Sequence record: NC_041973.1
DNA: 64,000 nucleotides
Strand: one strand, 5' to 3'
Shown here piece after piece: positions 17,920 through 26,623 of this stretch (its first letter is position 1; each line of letters begins with the position of its first letter). The notes under the pieces were generated by a model. The model worked only from the letters and a program-made list of their open reading frames with translations, had not been told where the DNA came from and made no database searches. The position numbers and the translations under genes are program-made.

Positions 17920-18648
17920 GTGATGGATATTGATAATAAAAAGATCTTGGGGTTGGTGTTGAATGACTTCGTGGACATGTACATGCTACAGCTCAACAAC
18001 AAGAACCGTGATGTCTGCATCAACGAGTTAAACTCGGGGCTGTGTGGTGTAGCGGCCATGTGCGTTGGGAATGTCATGCGTGAGCGCTACGGAGCAACTG
18101 ACATCGACTGGGAGTCACACTGTTTGCACATGTGGTTGGTATTGGATGGCAAACGCTACGACACCCTTTATCCGGAAGGTTATGACGTACCGGTGGTAGA
18201 TGCCTGGTTACTGAAAGAGCAGAAATACAACAGCCATGTCATGGCCGGAGAAAGTGTCATCGATATTGAAGATAACAGTGGTTATGTAGCGGGCGGTTGG
18301 TGGGATTGTCTCTATCTCATCAAAGGCTGGTATGAACGTTACGGTATGACGCCTCCTGCTTACGTTAAACGCATGATGACTAACTTACGCGGTAATCATC
18401 TCCATCGCCGAGAGCGTCGTGCAGCGCGCCGTTACCAGCTCGTGTTGAAAGCCCCACTTCCCTCCTTTACCGATGAAGTGCGCACCAACACCGTATTGCC
18501 GATGACCCACTATTGGCACGGTGAGTTCGAAGGTAGCCAAGAGCGTGTTCTGGCACGTAAGCCGGGCATGCCGTCCGTGAAGACCTATAAAAGCTTATTG
18601 AAGTATTACCGTGAGAAAGGCGTGCCTGTCACGCAGTACTTCTGTTAA
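17920..18648 (+). CDS. Putative Cys-His-Asp (papain/transglutaminase-like) enzyme, paralog of 26077..26616
   Basis: NSGLCG...HMW...YDTLYPEGY; gene call solid, function inferred. Confidence 0.6.
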   Translation: MMDIDNKKILGLVLNDFVDMYMLQLNNKNRDVCINELNSGLCGVAAMCVGNVMRERYGATDIDWESHCLHMWLVLDGKRYDTLYPEGYDVPVVDAWLLKEQKYNSHVMAGESVIDIEDNSGYVAGGWWDCLYLIKGWYERYGMTPPAYVKRMMTNLRGNHLHRRERRAARRYQLVLKAPLPSFTDEVRTNTVLPMTHYWHGEFEGSQERVLARKPGMPSVKTYKSLLKYYREKGVPVTQYFC

Positions 18649-18677
18649 TCAACCATCTATTAAGAAGGACGCGATTT

Positions 18678-19229
18678 ATGACACTGAAGAGTAATAAACA
18701 ACTGAATGCCGAGACCCCTGAACTGCGTGACTTGGTTATCGTCATTGACGGTTTGAACATCCTGGACTTGAATCTGGCACCAGGGGCCCGTGCGCCGCGT
18801 TATAGCGTTCAACTGTCAGGCGATATGGGATTGACCGCAACCAATAAACGTGCAGTGTATGGTCATGCCGCACAATTGTTAAACGCACTCCTGGAGAGAG
18901 GGTTCTCTGCCCATGCGAACGTGTCACGTGATGATCTGGACAACGACACCGCACGTGCAACTGAAATCATGCAACAGGCGATCACTTTATTGGTTGAAAC
19001 TGGTGAAGATGTTATCGTGCGTTGCCACTCTCTGTCTATTTCAGTCACCACGGTTGATTTCGACTTGACTGAACTGCGTGTCATCAGCGATGAAGCAATG
19101 GCGAAGGTCGAGTTCCTACTGGCACAGCCGGGCGAACCGTCCGAGGCGTTAACTGAGTTGATGACCGGTAAGCGTAAGTATCTCATCCGTGAAGACCTGG
19201 ATGAGGCTGCACCGCAGTCACCAATCTAG
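18678..19229 (+). CDS. Hypothetical protein
   Basis: AAGGA RBS. Confidence 0.75.
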   Translation: MTLKSNKQLNAETPELRDLVIVIDGLNILDLNLAPGARAPRYSVQLSGDMGLTATNKRAVYGHAAQLLNALLERGFSAHANVSRDDLDNDTARATEIMQQAITLLVETGEDVIVRCHSLSISVTTVDFDLTELRVISDEAMAKVEFLLAQPGEPSEALTELMTGKRKYLIREDLDEAAPQSPI

Positions 19230-19262
19230 TAATTAAATACTAGGCAGCGTAATCATATACGT

Positions 19263-19310
19263 AAAGGGGTCTGGTGAAAGCCATATCCCTTTTGGTTATG
19301 CTGTCTTTTT
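19263..19310 (+). terminator. Terminator with TTATGCTG tail and T-run
   Basis: AAAGGGG..TGG-TGAAAG-CCA..TCCCTTT then TTATGCTG and T tract. Confidence 0.65.
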
Positions 19311-19399
19311 TTTTTGGTTAAGAAATACTAGCCTTCTCCATTATATGCAATTTACACGATACACTTTTCTATTTACTACATCGGCAAGAGAGATAAGAC

Positions 19400-19543
19400 A
19401 TGAGCGCACCTGAAGAATTTGATATGGACGGCCTGGAATCACTGGATCTGGAAGGCGCTGAGAAAGCGGCAGAAGAGAAAGCAGCCGGCGGTGGCGAAGC
19501 CCTGTCTGATGGCGAAGCAGATTGCGAAGGTTGCAAGATCTAA
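19400..19543 (+). CDS. 47-aa acidic peptide ending in a CxxC-K-I NrdA-tail-like motif (not in ORF track)
   Basis: MSAPEEFDMDGLESLDLEGAEKAAEEKAAGGGEALSDGEADCEGCKI*; GAGAG upstream; strong CTG/GAA/GGC phage codon bias; fills an otherwise empty gap. Confidence 0.8.
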   Translation: MSAPEEFDMDGLESLDLEGAEKAAEEKAAGGGEALSDGEADCEGCKI

Positions 19544-19569
19544 ATGCTGTGATGTGAATCGGGTCTGAT

Positions 19570-19896
19570 ATGGGATCAGTTAACCGAGGAAACATCACGA
19601 ACATCTATCTTGTCCAACGCAAATCAGAGCCCCGTTACACACCGGATTCATTTATCGCTGTTGCAGCATCGACCGAAGAGGTGCTGATGATTCACCCTAG
19701 CTACTTTCAGGGAAAGAACACACCTGTGAAGTTCGACGAGGCAATGGCCGCCCTCTGGGCGAATGAGTTATCCGATAGTCCAATGGATCATCAATGGGTT
19801 ACCAATAAGAACGAGCTCGAGGTCACCTATCTGGGTGAGGCTGCGATGGAGTTCACCGGCCCCACGATCATTGAGATGTGGTACGGGTACGCCTGA
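19570..19896 (+). CDS. Hypothetical protein
   Basis: 108-aa ORF ending before terminator; exact start uncertain. Confidence 0.65.
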   Translation: MGSVNRGNITNIYLVQRKSEPRYTPDSFIAVAASTEEVLMIHPSYFQGKNTPVKFDEAMAALWANELSDSPMDHQWVTNKNELEVTYLGEAAMEFTGPTIIEMWYGYA

Positions 19897-19903
19897 TCAT
19901 ACG

Positions 19904-19929
19904 GGGAGGCTTCGGCCTCCCTTTATGCC
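19904..19929 (+). terminator. Intrinsic terminator with TTTATGCC tail
   Basis: GGGAGGC-TTCG-GCCTCCC-TTTATGCC. Confidence 0.9.
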
Positions 19930-19973
19930 GGTCGTTATCCTATGACTTGTATTTGGCAGGTCTGAGGTGACGT

Positions 19974-20585
19974 ATGTTTAAACGTTTCATGTTCTATCTG
20001 TTCAGTAAGTTATTTGACCATAAAGGGGAGTACACCATGTCCGAAGCAGTGAAAGATCAGCAAAGCAATGATGTTAATGCAACCAACGATGTTGAGGTGC
20101 AGCCAACACCTGCTGAGACCTCTGCACCGGAACTGGCATCTAACGATGTGGTTGCCGCACCGGAAGCCGCAGGCGACGCCCGTCCTGAAGTCCAGGATAC
20201 GGTAGAGTCGACGCCAGTGGTGATTGAACCGGCTGCAGTTGCTGAACCATCCGCACCTGTCGTGGCACCTGCTCCTGTTGTTGTACCTGCGGCTGAGCCA
20301 GCTCCCGCACCTGTAGCACCGACCACCCCGACCGACAGCGATAAGACTGAAGGCGAACCCGATACCAATCGCTTCGACCATCTGGCCAGCACCTTGAAGA
20401 GTTTACTTCAGGTAGCCGGTCATGAGCTCGACGAAGCATTTGACGATGCAGTACCTTTGGCAAAACAGATCGCTTCCAGTGACGAAGAGTTCGGTGACAA
20501 GCTGAAAGGCATCCTTGTGGTTGTCGGCCGTGAATACGGCGAAGCTTTCCATCATTTCTTCAGCTATGCGAAGAAGCACATCTAA
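19974..20585 (+). CDS. Pro/Ala-rich protein with tandem helical C-terminal repeat; second start at 20037
   Basis: RBS-like sequence before both ATG 19974 (GAGGTG) and ATG 20037 (GGGGAG). Confidence 0.8.
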   Translation: MFKRFMFYLFSKLFDHKGEYTMSEAVKDQQSNDVNATNDVEVQPTPAETSAPELASNDVVAAPEAAGDARPEVQDTVESTPVVIEPAAVAEPSAPVVAPAPVVVPAAEPAPAPVAPTTPTDSDKTEGEPDTNRFDHLASTLKSLLQVAGHELDEAFDDAVPLAKQIASSDEEFGDKLKGILVVVGREYGEAFHHFFSYAKKHI

Positions 20586-20591
20586 GAAAAC

Positions 20592-20622
20592 AGGGGGCGG
20601 GATTTCCTGCCCCTTTTATGCC
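20592..20622 (+). terminator. Intrinsic terminator with TTATGCC tail
   Basis: AGGGGGCGGG-ATTT-CCTGCCCCT-TTTATGCC. Confidence 0.85.
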
Positions 20623-20663
20623 GATTATCTTATAACTGACTTACATCATTAAAGGGTTTTACC

Positions 20664-21629
20664 ATGACAGTTATTCAGCACGAGGCTATTGGTTATTGCG
20701 GGCATGCCATGATGGTGCACCAAATGGAAAAAGATCAAGCAACCATTAAGCAATACGCAAAGCAGTTGGAAGGTGCCGGGCTGGAGGCGTTTGATACCCC
20801 TTCGCACAAACTGGTACTGCAGGGCATGTCTGCTCGTTACGGCGATTACATGAAGCTTGGTTCTGGTCAGGAAGGACTGGGAACAATGGTTCTGTTGGGG
20901 GTGGCTATCGGTGGCGGGGTGGCGGCATACAAGAAATTGATGCTGGCGAAAAACTCGCCGATTACAAAAGATATCAGTGATGTATTGAGTAAGGTCACTG
21001 AAACCTATACCCCGAAATGGCTCGAAGGTAAAACCTCGGTTAATAAAGATGTGACTTGCGGAAAACTGAATAAGTTATTCGGCGGGTCTGAGTTGTCAGT
21101 ACTTGATACTGCAGCCATCAAATACGCCACCCAAGCTGAACGTGAAGCAAAAACAGCCGGCGTATATTTGACAGGCGCGTGGGATAAAATAAAACCTCTG
21201 TTAGAGCGGTGGAAGAAAGCTGGTGAAGGGGAGGAGGATGAAGTCATCGAGCTAATGACTGATCTATACCCAGAGCCACCTTACTCTACTATGCCTGCTA
21301 TTCACGCCAATACCCCTGGGGGTAAAGGTGAAAAAGTTAAAGCTCTCTCAGAGGCTGAATATCCTAAAGCAGTTGCATTATTGAAAGCACTCCTGAAAGC
21401 CGCCGAAGAAGTCGACGGGATGTCTTACGATATTGCCAATAACGTTGGCTTTAAAGATCACTGGTACGATGGTATCCCGGCCGATAAACGTGGTGAGGAA
21501 CACGCATTCCAATACGGACACTACCGCTACTACCTTGACCATTGTGGCGTAAAGACATGGAACCAACACGAAACATTGATCAATGCAGCGCGCGGTGTCG
21601 AGGAATGGATCACCAAGTCATTTAAGTAA
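20664..21629 (+). CDS. Probable internal head (virion) protein with protease-cleaved propeptide
   Basis: AGLE-A and SGQE-G motifs fit the S/A/G-X-E cleavage rule of phiKZ-like prohead proteases, then a hydrophobic helix. Confidence 0.6.
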   Translation: MTVIQHEAIGYCGHAMMVHQMEKDQATIKQYAKQLEGAGLEAFDTPSHKLVLQGMSARYGDYMKLGSGQEGLGTMVLLGVAIGGGVAAYKKLMLAKNSPITKDISDVLSKVTETYTPKWLEGKTSVNKDVTCGKLNKLFGGSELSVLDTAAIKYATQAEREAKTAGVYLTGAWDKIKPLLERWKKAGEGEEDEVIELMTDLYPEPPYSTMPAIHANTPGGKGEKVKALSEAEYPKAVALLKALLKAAEEVDGMSYDIANNVGFKDHWYDGIPADKRGEEHAFQYGHYRYYLDHCGVKTWNQHETLINAARGVEEWITKSFK

Positions 21630-21637
21630 TCGCTACG

Positions 21638-21668
21638 AGGGGAGGGATAACACCTCCCCTTTTATGCC
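21638..21668 (+). terminator. Intrinsic terminator with TTTATGCC tail
   Basis: AGGGGAGG...CCTCCCCT-TTTATGCC. Confidence 0.85.
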
Positions 21669-21713
21669 GGGCGCGGAATCGTATAGGTGCTTTTGCCAAC
21701 GAGGAATCTTATC

Positions 21714-22496
21714 GTGTTTGAAATGCTTTTAGGCGGTAGTCCGAACGGGAACTTGCCATTTGGGCAGTTGTTAGCCAAAACAACAACAGACTTTACAGTT
21801 CCTGCCGGAGTGACCGATATTTCCGGTGTTGCTATCGGTGGTGGTGGTGGTAACTCACGCGGCAATACCATTGGTGGGTCAGGGGGTGATTTACGCTGGC
21901 GTAATCACATTGCCGTTATTCCAGGTGAAGTGCTGTCACTTATTACCGGTGTGGTAACAGCTGCTGGGAAACCGGGCACCTCCAGTAAGATCATCCGTAA
22001 GTCAACCGGCGAAGTATTACTGGTCGCTAAAGGCGGTGACTCCACTGATGTATCAACACCGATCAATGGAGCTGATATAGGTGGCGGGAACGGTGGTGCT
22101 GGCACCAATCCATCAGGTGGTGGTGCTGGCGGGTATACCGGCAATGGTGGTAAAGGTGGTTCAGCTGCCGATGTTGATTCTGGTGGTGGCGGTGGTGGTG
22201 GTTCTTATACCTTCAGCGGAAACAGTTTTGGTTGTGGCGGTGGTGGTGTCTACCCTAACGGTAAAGGCGCTGATGGTGGCGCACCCCCTGTCAATACCGG
22301 CAGTCAGGCGTTTGGTGGTAAAGGGGGTTCTGGTGGTAATCCTGGTCAAAACACGAATGGGGGCTTATACGGCGGCGGCGCTGGCGCACCCATTAGGATA
22401 ACCTTTGCAACAACAGGGACTGCCGGCTGCATCAGACTCATCTGGGGTTCGGGTCGTGCTTTCCCAGCTACGAAGACCGCAGATATTACAGCATAA
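21714..22496 (+). CDS. Glycine-rich virion/fibre-associated protein, paralog of 33992..34831
   Basis: GAGGA RBS before GTG 21714; FTVPAGV..GGGG N-domain, Gly-rich core, G.IR(L/I)IWG.GR(A/S)FP end. Confidence 0.75.
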   Translation: MFEMLLGGSPNGNLPFGQLLAKTTTDFTVPAGVTDISGVAIGGGGGNSRGNTIGGSGGDLRWRNHIAVIPGEVLSLITGVVTAAGKPGTSSKIIRKSTGEVLLVAKGGDSTDVSTPINGADIGGGNGGAGTNPSGGGAGGYTGNGGKGGSAADVDSGGGGGGGSYTFSGNSFGCGGGGVYPNGKGADGGAPPVNTGSQAFGGKGGSGGNPGQNTNGGLYGGGAGAPIRITFATTGTAGCIRLIWGSGRAFPATKTADITA

Positions 22497-22555
22497 ATGT
22501 TAAGGGATAAATAGGTTATAAATATATGAAACCCTCCCCTCATTGAGATTGAATT

Positions 22556-23134
22556 ATGGCCAAGATGACTTTCTATTACGCTTCGATGAACGCCGGCAAA
22601 TCCACTGCGTGCATTCAAGCGGGTTACAACTATTTAGAACGCGGACTGCGGGCCTTGATGATCAAGCCTGAGGTTGATAACCGCGATGACACAGAGAAGG
22701 TCAGCTCGCGCGTCGGTCTCAGTGCGAAGGCGGTTGTTTTTGACAGTGAGGTTAATCTAACCGAACTGGTATTACACCAGATGAAAACTTCCAAGGTCTC
22801 GGTGGTGCTGGTTGATGAGGCGCAGTTCCTGACACCGGATCAAGTCAAAGAGCTCAGTGACATCGCCGACTTCGAAGACATCCCCGTGGTCTGTTATGGT
22901 TTGCGTACCGATTTCCAAGGTGAACTCTTTCCTGGGTCTGCAGCCTTGATGGCTCGCTCAGATCGCCTTAAAGAACTGATCGGTGTTTGCCACTGTGGCA
23001 AGACAGCTCACTTCGTACTGCGTCGTGATGACAAAGGTCAGGTGGTGAAAGAAGGCGAGCAAATCCTGATTGGCGGGAATGACCGCTATGAAGCAGTGTG
23101 TCGCAAGCACCACCGCGTTGCTATGCTGAGTTAA
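22556..23134 (+). CDS. tdk: Thymidine kinase
   Basis: YASMNAGKST P-loop, VLVDEAQFL, CYGLRTDFQGELFPGS, CHCG and YEAVCRKH Zn motifs. Confidence 0.97.
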   Translation: MAKMTFYYASMNAGKSTACIQAGYNYLERGLRALMIKPEVDNRDDTEKVSSRVGLSAKAVVFDSEVNLTELVLHQMKTSKVSVVLVDEAQFLTPDQVKELSDIADFEDIPVVCYGLRTDFQGELFPGSAALMARSDRLKELIGVCHCGKTAHFVLRRDDKGQVVKEGEQILIGGNDRYEAVCRKHHRVAMLS

Positions 23135-23149
23135 GCCTAAGAGGTAGGT

Positions 23150-23866
23150 ATGTTAGAAATGATAATGGCGATGCCAAAGGCGCTGATACCTAAAGCCGGT
23201 CAGCCGCTGATGGGGTTTAACTTTGATCAGGGTAAAAGCATTAGTGCACCGAGTGCAACCGCGTACTCCGGCGGGACGATTGAAACACTTAGCGCCAGTA
23301 ACGCCCTTGCGGGATATGGTCGTAGCTTGCGTTGTAATGGCACTGTCACCAACGTTACCCCGCTGAGCGCATTATCAACCCTCGGGCTGGGTGATTTCAC
23401 TTTAGAGTGTTACGCCTGGATGACCACGATTCCCAGTGCCTATTTCCAGCTCTTCCTGCTCCAGTTCGCTAACGGCAAATACCTCACCATCCGTGTGGGT
23501 GATGGCGGGTACGGCCAGCGCATGCAGGTAGGGATCGATTTAGGCAATGGCGGTAACTACTGCAGTAGCAAGACTGGTCCTTCATTGCGTAACGGCTGGC
23601 ACCATTATGCTTTTGTGCGTAAAGCCGGGAAGTGTCGCTTCTTCATTGATGGGCAGCTTCAGTTACTGGCGCTGGGCACTAGCACCACCTTTAACCTCAC
23701 TGAGTTTAACGGGAACTTTGATCTGTCGGGTAATTTGAGTTCGTTCGCTATTGGTAAAGCCAACTCCGGTGTAGGTGATATGTACATGCCTGAATTCCTC
23801 TTGTCCAATACCGCACGCTATCAAGAAACCTTTACACCACCTCCCGGTCCTATCTACCGCCCGTGA
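23150..23866 (+). CDS. LamG/concanavalin A-like domain virion protein
   Basis: GDFTLECYAW, NGWHHYAFVRKAGKCRFFIDG, EFLLSNTARY.ETFTPP. Confidence 0.8.
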   Translation: MLEMIMAMPKALIPKAGQPLMGFNFDQGKSISAPSATAYSGGTIETLSASNALAGYGRSLRCNGTVTNVTPLSALSTLGLGDFTLECYAWMTTIPSAYFQLFLLQFANGKYLTIRVGDGGYGQRMQVGIDLGNGGNYCSSKTGPSLRNGWHHYAFVRKAGKCRFFIDGQLQLLALGTSTTFNLTEFNGNFDLSGNLSSFAIGKANSGVGDMYMPEFLLSNTARYQETFTPPPGPIYRP

Positions 23867-23872
23867 CATTCT

Positions 23873-23899
23873 GCCAGGGTTTGTCCCTGGCTTTATGCC
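23873..23899 (+). terminator. Intrinsic terminator with TTTATGCC tail
   Basis: GCCAGGG-TTTGT-CCCTGGC-TTTATGCC. Confidence 0.85.
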
Positions 23900-23916
23900 G
23901 CCCAAAGTATCTCAGT

Positions 23917-23934
23917 CCTACATTACCCTTGTGT
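23917..23934 (+). promoter_or_regulatory. Phage early promoter motif
   Basis: CCTACATTAC-cctt-GTGT. Confidence 0.7.
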
Positions 23935-23989
23935 AGAAAACAACATTGTTAACTTAACCTATAGTGTTTTAGCTGGGAGGTTTCTTAAG

Positions 23990-24352
23990 ATGAATCACTT
24001 ATTATTGGATGTGACCGAGAATGTCACCCCGATCACGCGCCAATTTACCAATACCGATTGGGATGGCATCCTGCGCGATGTTAGCTTGTACATCATGCGC
24101 CTTTACTGTGCCTCCCGAGTACTTGGCGAACATATTCCCCATAACCCTGCGGCGCACTTAAAGGACATTCAGTGGCGCTATGGCTTTGACCCGAATGACG
24201 GGCCGGTCTCGGTAGAGTTTGTGAAACTGTATAAATGCCTGAGTGAGGCCATCGGGCTTTATGTGACACAGACCAACCCCACTAAACTGTTAACCGTAGT
24301 ACGTGTTTCAACGGCTAACAACATTTTTCAACTGCACTTAGGATATGCCTGA
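23990..24352 (+). CDS. Hypothetical protein
   Basis: GGGAGG RBS; TGATG overlap with next gene. Confidence 0.75.
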   Translation: MNHLLLDVTENVTPITRQFTNTDWDGILRDVSLYIMRLYCASRVLGEHIPHNPAAHLKDIQWRYGFDPNDGPVSVEFVKLYKCLSEAIGLYVTQTNPTKLLTVVRVSTANNIFQLHLGYA

Positions 24353-26061
24353 TGTCATCATTAACCACCAATGAAGTTGTTGAGCATTTAGACCAGTACG
24401 TAATTGGGCAGGTAAATGCCAAACGGGCGATCGCATTGGCGTATCGTGAACGAAGCTTGAAAGCGGAGAACAGCGGAGAAGGCTGGCGTTATATCACCCC
24501 GTCTAACATCATGATGGTCGGGCCGTCAGGCAGCGGTAAGACGGAACTGGCTAAGCAGTTAGCGGACATGACCAACTCACCTTTTGTGAAGTGCGAGATC
24601 ACCGAGTTCACACAAGTCGGTTACTACGGGCGCGACGTTAAAACCATTCTGACTGATCTGTTGAAAGAAGCCATTCGGATTGCCCCGGAGATCTGGCGGA
24701 AAGAAAACAAACCAAAACTCAGTAAAGCGAACCGTGACCTGTTGGCACTGATGCTCAAAGACCCAGAGACGTTGGATGCCTTTGCTAAAGCACTGAACAT
24801 CACCACTGATAAATGCACTGTGCCGTTTGTGGAAGAGAAGCTCCTCAACGGCACCACCCTGCGTAAGCTCAATGTGCGTTACGGTTGGCGAGCGAATCCT
24901 TTACTGGCGGCCATCGATAAGCGGGCGGATAAACCGGAGAAGGGAGAAGAAGAGCCCCCAATGGAAGATGCGGCGGCGTGGACGCAGTGGTATGTCCGCA
25001 CCAAGATGAACTTTAGCAAGCTCGGGTATTCAGGCACTGAAGACAGTCTGGTGAAAGAAGCTGCCCGCGTGTTAGAAGCGATTCCTATTAAGGATAAGAT
25101 GGAACCGGTGCTGATTGAGGTAATTGGCGAAACCCTTAATGAGAAACGCAAAAAGATCATCGCTGCCCGCGGCGCCAGTCAACCGAAACTGATTCGTCTG
25201 CTGCTGGATGAGAAAGACTACAAAGCCCTGTGCCGTAAGCTACTGGAAACAATGGGTTCCCGACTGTGGATGAAGCTTGACACCATCATCGATATCGGTG
25301 ATGCGCTGAATCAAAGCAAGAACCCACCGCCGGACTTCATTGTTAAACTGGTTGAAGAACGCGGCATTGTCTTCATTGATGAGTTCGACAAGATCTTCCT
25401 CGACAGCCGGGGCGAGAACGTCGGTAACATGGGTGTAGTGCGTGACCTGATGCCTTACCTTGATGGGGTCGTGACTGAAGTCTCTACGGTCAATGAACGT
25501 GAACGGGGTGGTGGGTTATTTGGTGAACGGAACGAGAAGTACATCATCAATACCGCTAATATCCTCTGGATCGCATCAGGTGCGTTTCATCTCGCTAAGG
25601 TGAGTGATGTACCCGCTGAGATCTTAGGACGTCTCCCTGTGCATGTGAAGCTCAATCGCTTGACTGCAGATGATCTGGAAAAGGTACTCATCAAACCCCA
25701 CGGGTCGGTCATTGCTGGCGTGACACTGTTGATGTCAGCTGAAGGGGCTGAGTTCGTTATTGATGCCGCTGCGATTCGTGCTATTGCTGACTTGGCCTAT
25801 GAGTGTAATACCGTTGGTGAGGACACCGGAGCACGTCGTCTGAAAGGCGTCTGTTTCGAGCTGTTCCGCGACATGCTCTATGGCGCATCTAATCTATTAC
25901 CTGACCAAAAGAAAGTGCACTTCACCGCAGAGCAAGTGATGGCTGAGCGTGAACGCATTCTGGCGACTGTTGAGCGCCGTAAAGAAAAACCCAAAGAAAC
26001 CGACCCTGCTCAGCGCTTTGCAAAAGCCATGAAAGAGCTCGGGACTTTGGTTAACAATTAA
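24352..26061 (+). CDS. hslU: HslU-like AAA+ ATPase/unfoldase
   Basis: LDQYVIGQ..AKRAIA, GPSGSGKT (Walker A), FTQVGYYG pore loop, IVFIDEFDK (Walker B), EILGRLPV, GARRL. Confidence 0.88.
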   Translation: MSSLTTNEVVEHLDQYVIGQVNAKRAIALAYRERSLKAENSGEGWRYITPSNIMMVGPSGSGKTELAKQLADMTNSPFVKCEITEFTQVGYYGRDVKTILTDLLKEAIRIAPEIWRKENKPKLSKANRDLLALMLKDPETLDAFAKALNITTDKCTVPFVEEKLLNGTTLRKLNVRYGWRANPLLAAIDKRADKPEKGEEEPPMEDAAAWTQWYVRTKMNFSKLGYSGTEDSLVKEAARVLEAIPIKDKMEPVLIEVIGETLNEKRKKIIAARGASQPKLIRLLLDEKDYKALCRKLLETMGSRLWMKLDTIIDIGDALNQSKNPPPDFIVKLVEERGIVFIDEFDKIFLDSRGENVGNMGVVRDLMPYLDGVVTEVSTVNERERGGGLFGERNEKYIINTANILWIASGAFHLAKVSDVPAEILGRLPVHVKLNRLTADDLEKVLIKPHGSVIAGVTLLMSAEGAEFVIDAAAIRAIADLAYECNTVGEDTGARRLKGVCFELFRDMLYGASNLLPDQKKVHFTAEQVMAERERILATVERRKEKPKETDPAQRFAKAMKELGTLVNN

Positions 26062-26076
26062 CCCTCTGGAGTTGTC

Positions 26077-26616
26077 ATGGACCACAATACCGCTCTTTGT
26101 ACGTTAAACCCGAAAGTCTTGATTCAGAATGAGTTGTATCGCTTCATTCGTCTGTATGCTTTGTTTAATGACTTGGATGTCCACGATGTGAACGCAATAA
26201 CCAAGAAGATCAATTCTGGGGATTGTGGTCTGGCGGCAATTACTGTGCACCACCTGCTAAAGGAAAAGTACAAACTGGATACGGATATCCTGATGTGCCG
26301 TAATCACTGTTGGCTGGCTTATCAGGAAGGTGAATACGATACGGCCTTTCCCGGCGGGTACACGAAACGGGTGGTGGAAGTCTGGGACGGAAGCCCGGAT
26401 GAATCCGTCCACTATTTAACCTTTCAGGAAGCGTGTGATGAATGGATGCCAATGGATGTCAAAGGGGCTTACATTGTAAAAGCCTTCTGCGCCATCACGT
26501 GGACACAGTTTCCCAAAGAGCTTCAGCATTGCTTAGACAATGCGGACGAATATGAGATGCCGGGTATTGCAGCGCAGTACGAGGCGAAATGTAAATTTGT
26601 CACTGACAAGATGTAG
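26077..26616 (+). CDS. Putative Cys-His-Asp enzyme, paralog of 17920..18648
   Basis: NSGDCG...HCW...YDTAFPGGY; gene call solid, function inferred. Confidence 0.6.
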   Translation: MDHNTALCTLNPKVLIQNELYRFIRLYALFNDLDVHDVNAITKKINSGDCGLAAITVHHLLKEKYKLDTDILMCRNHCWLAYQEGEYDTAFPGGYTKRVVEVWDGSPDESVHYLTFQEACDEWMPMDVKGAYIVKAFCAITWTQFPKELQHCLDNADEYEMPGIAAQYEAKCKFVTDKM

Positions 26617-26623
26617 GTGAATT

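Noticed and set aside
21830-22400. GGTGGT-type repeats as a DNA repeat element
   Set aside because: Explained by glycine codons in the Gly-rich protein
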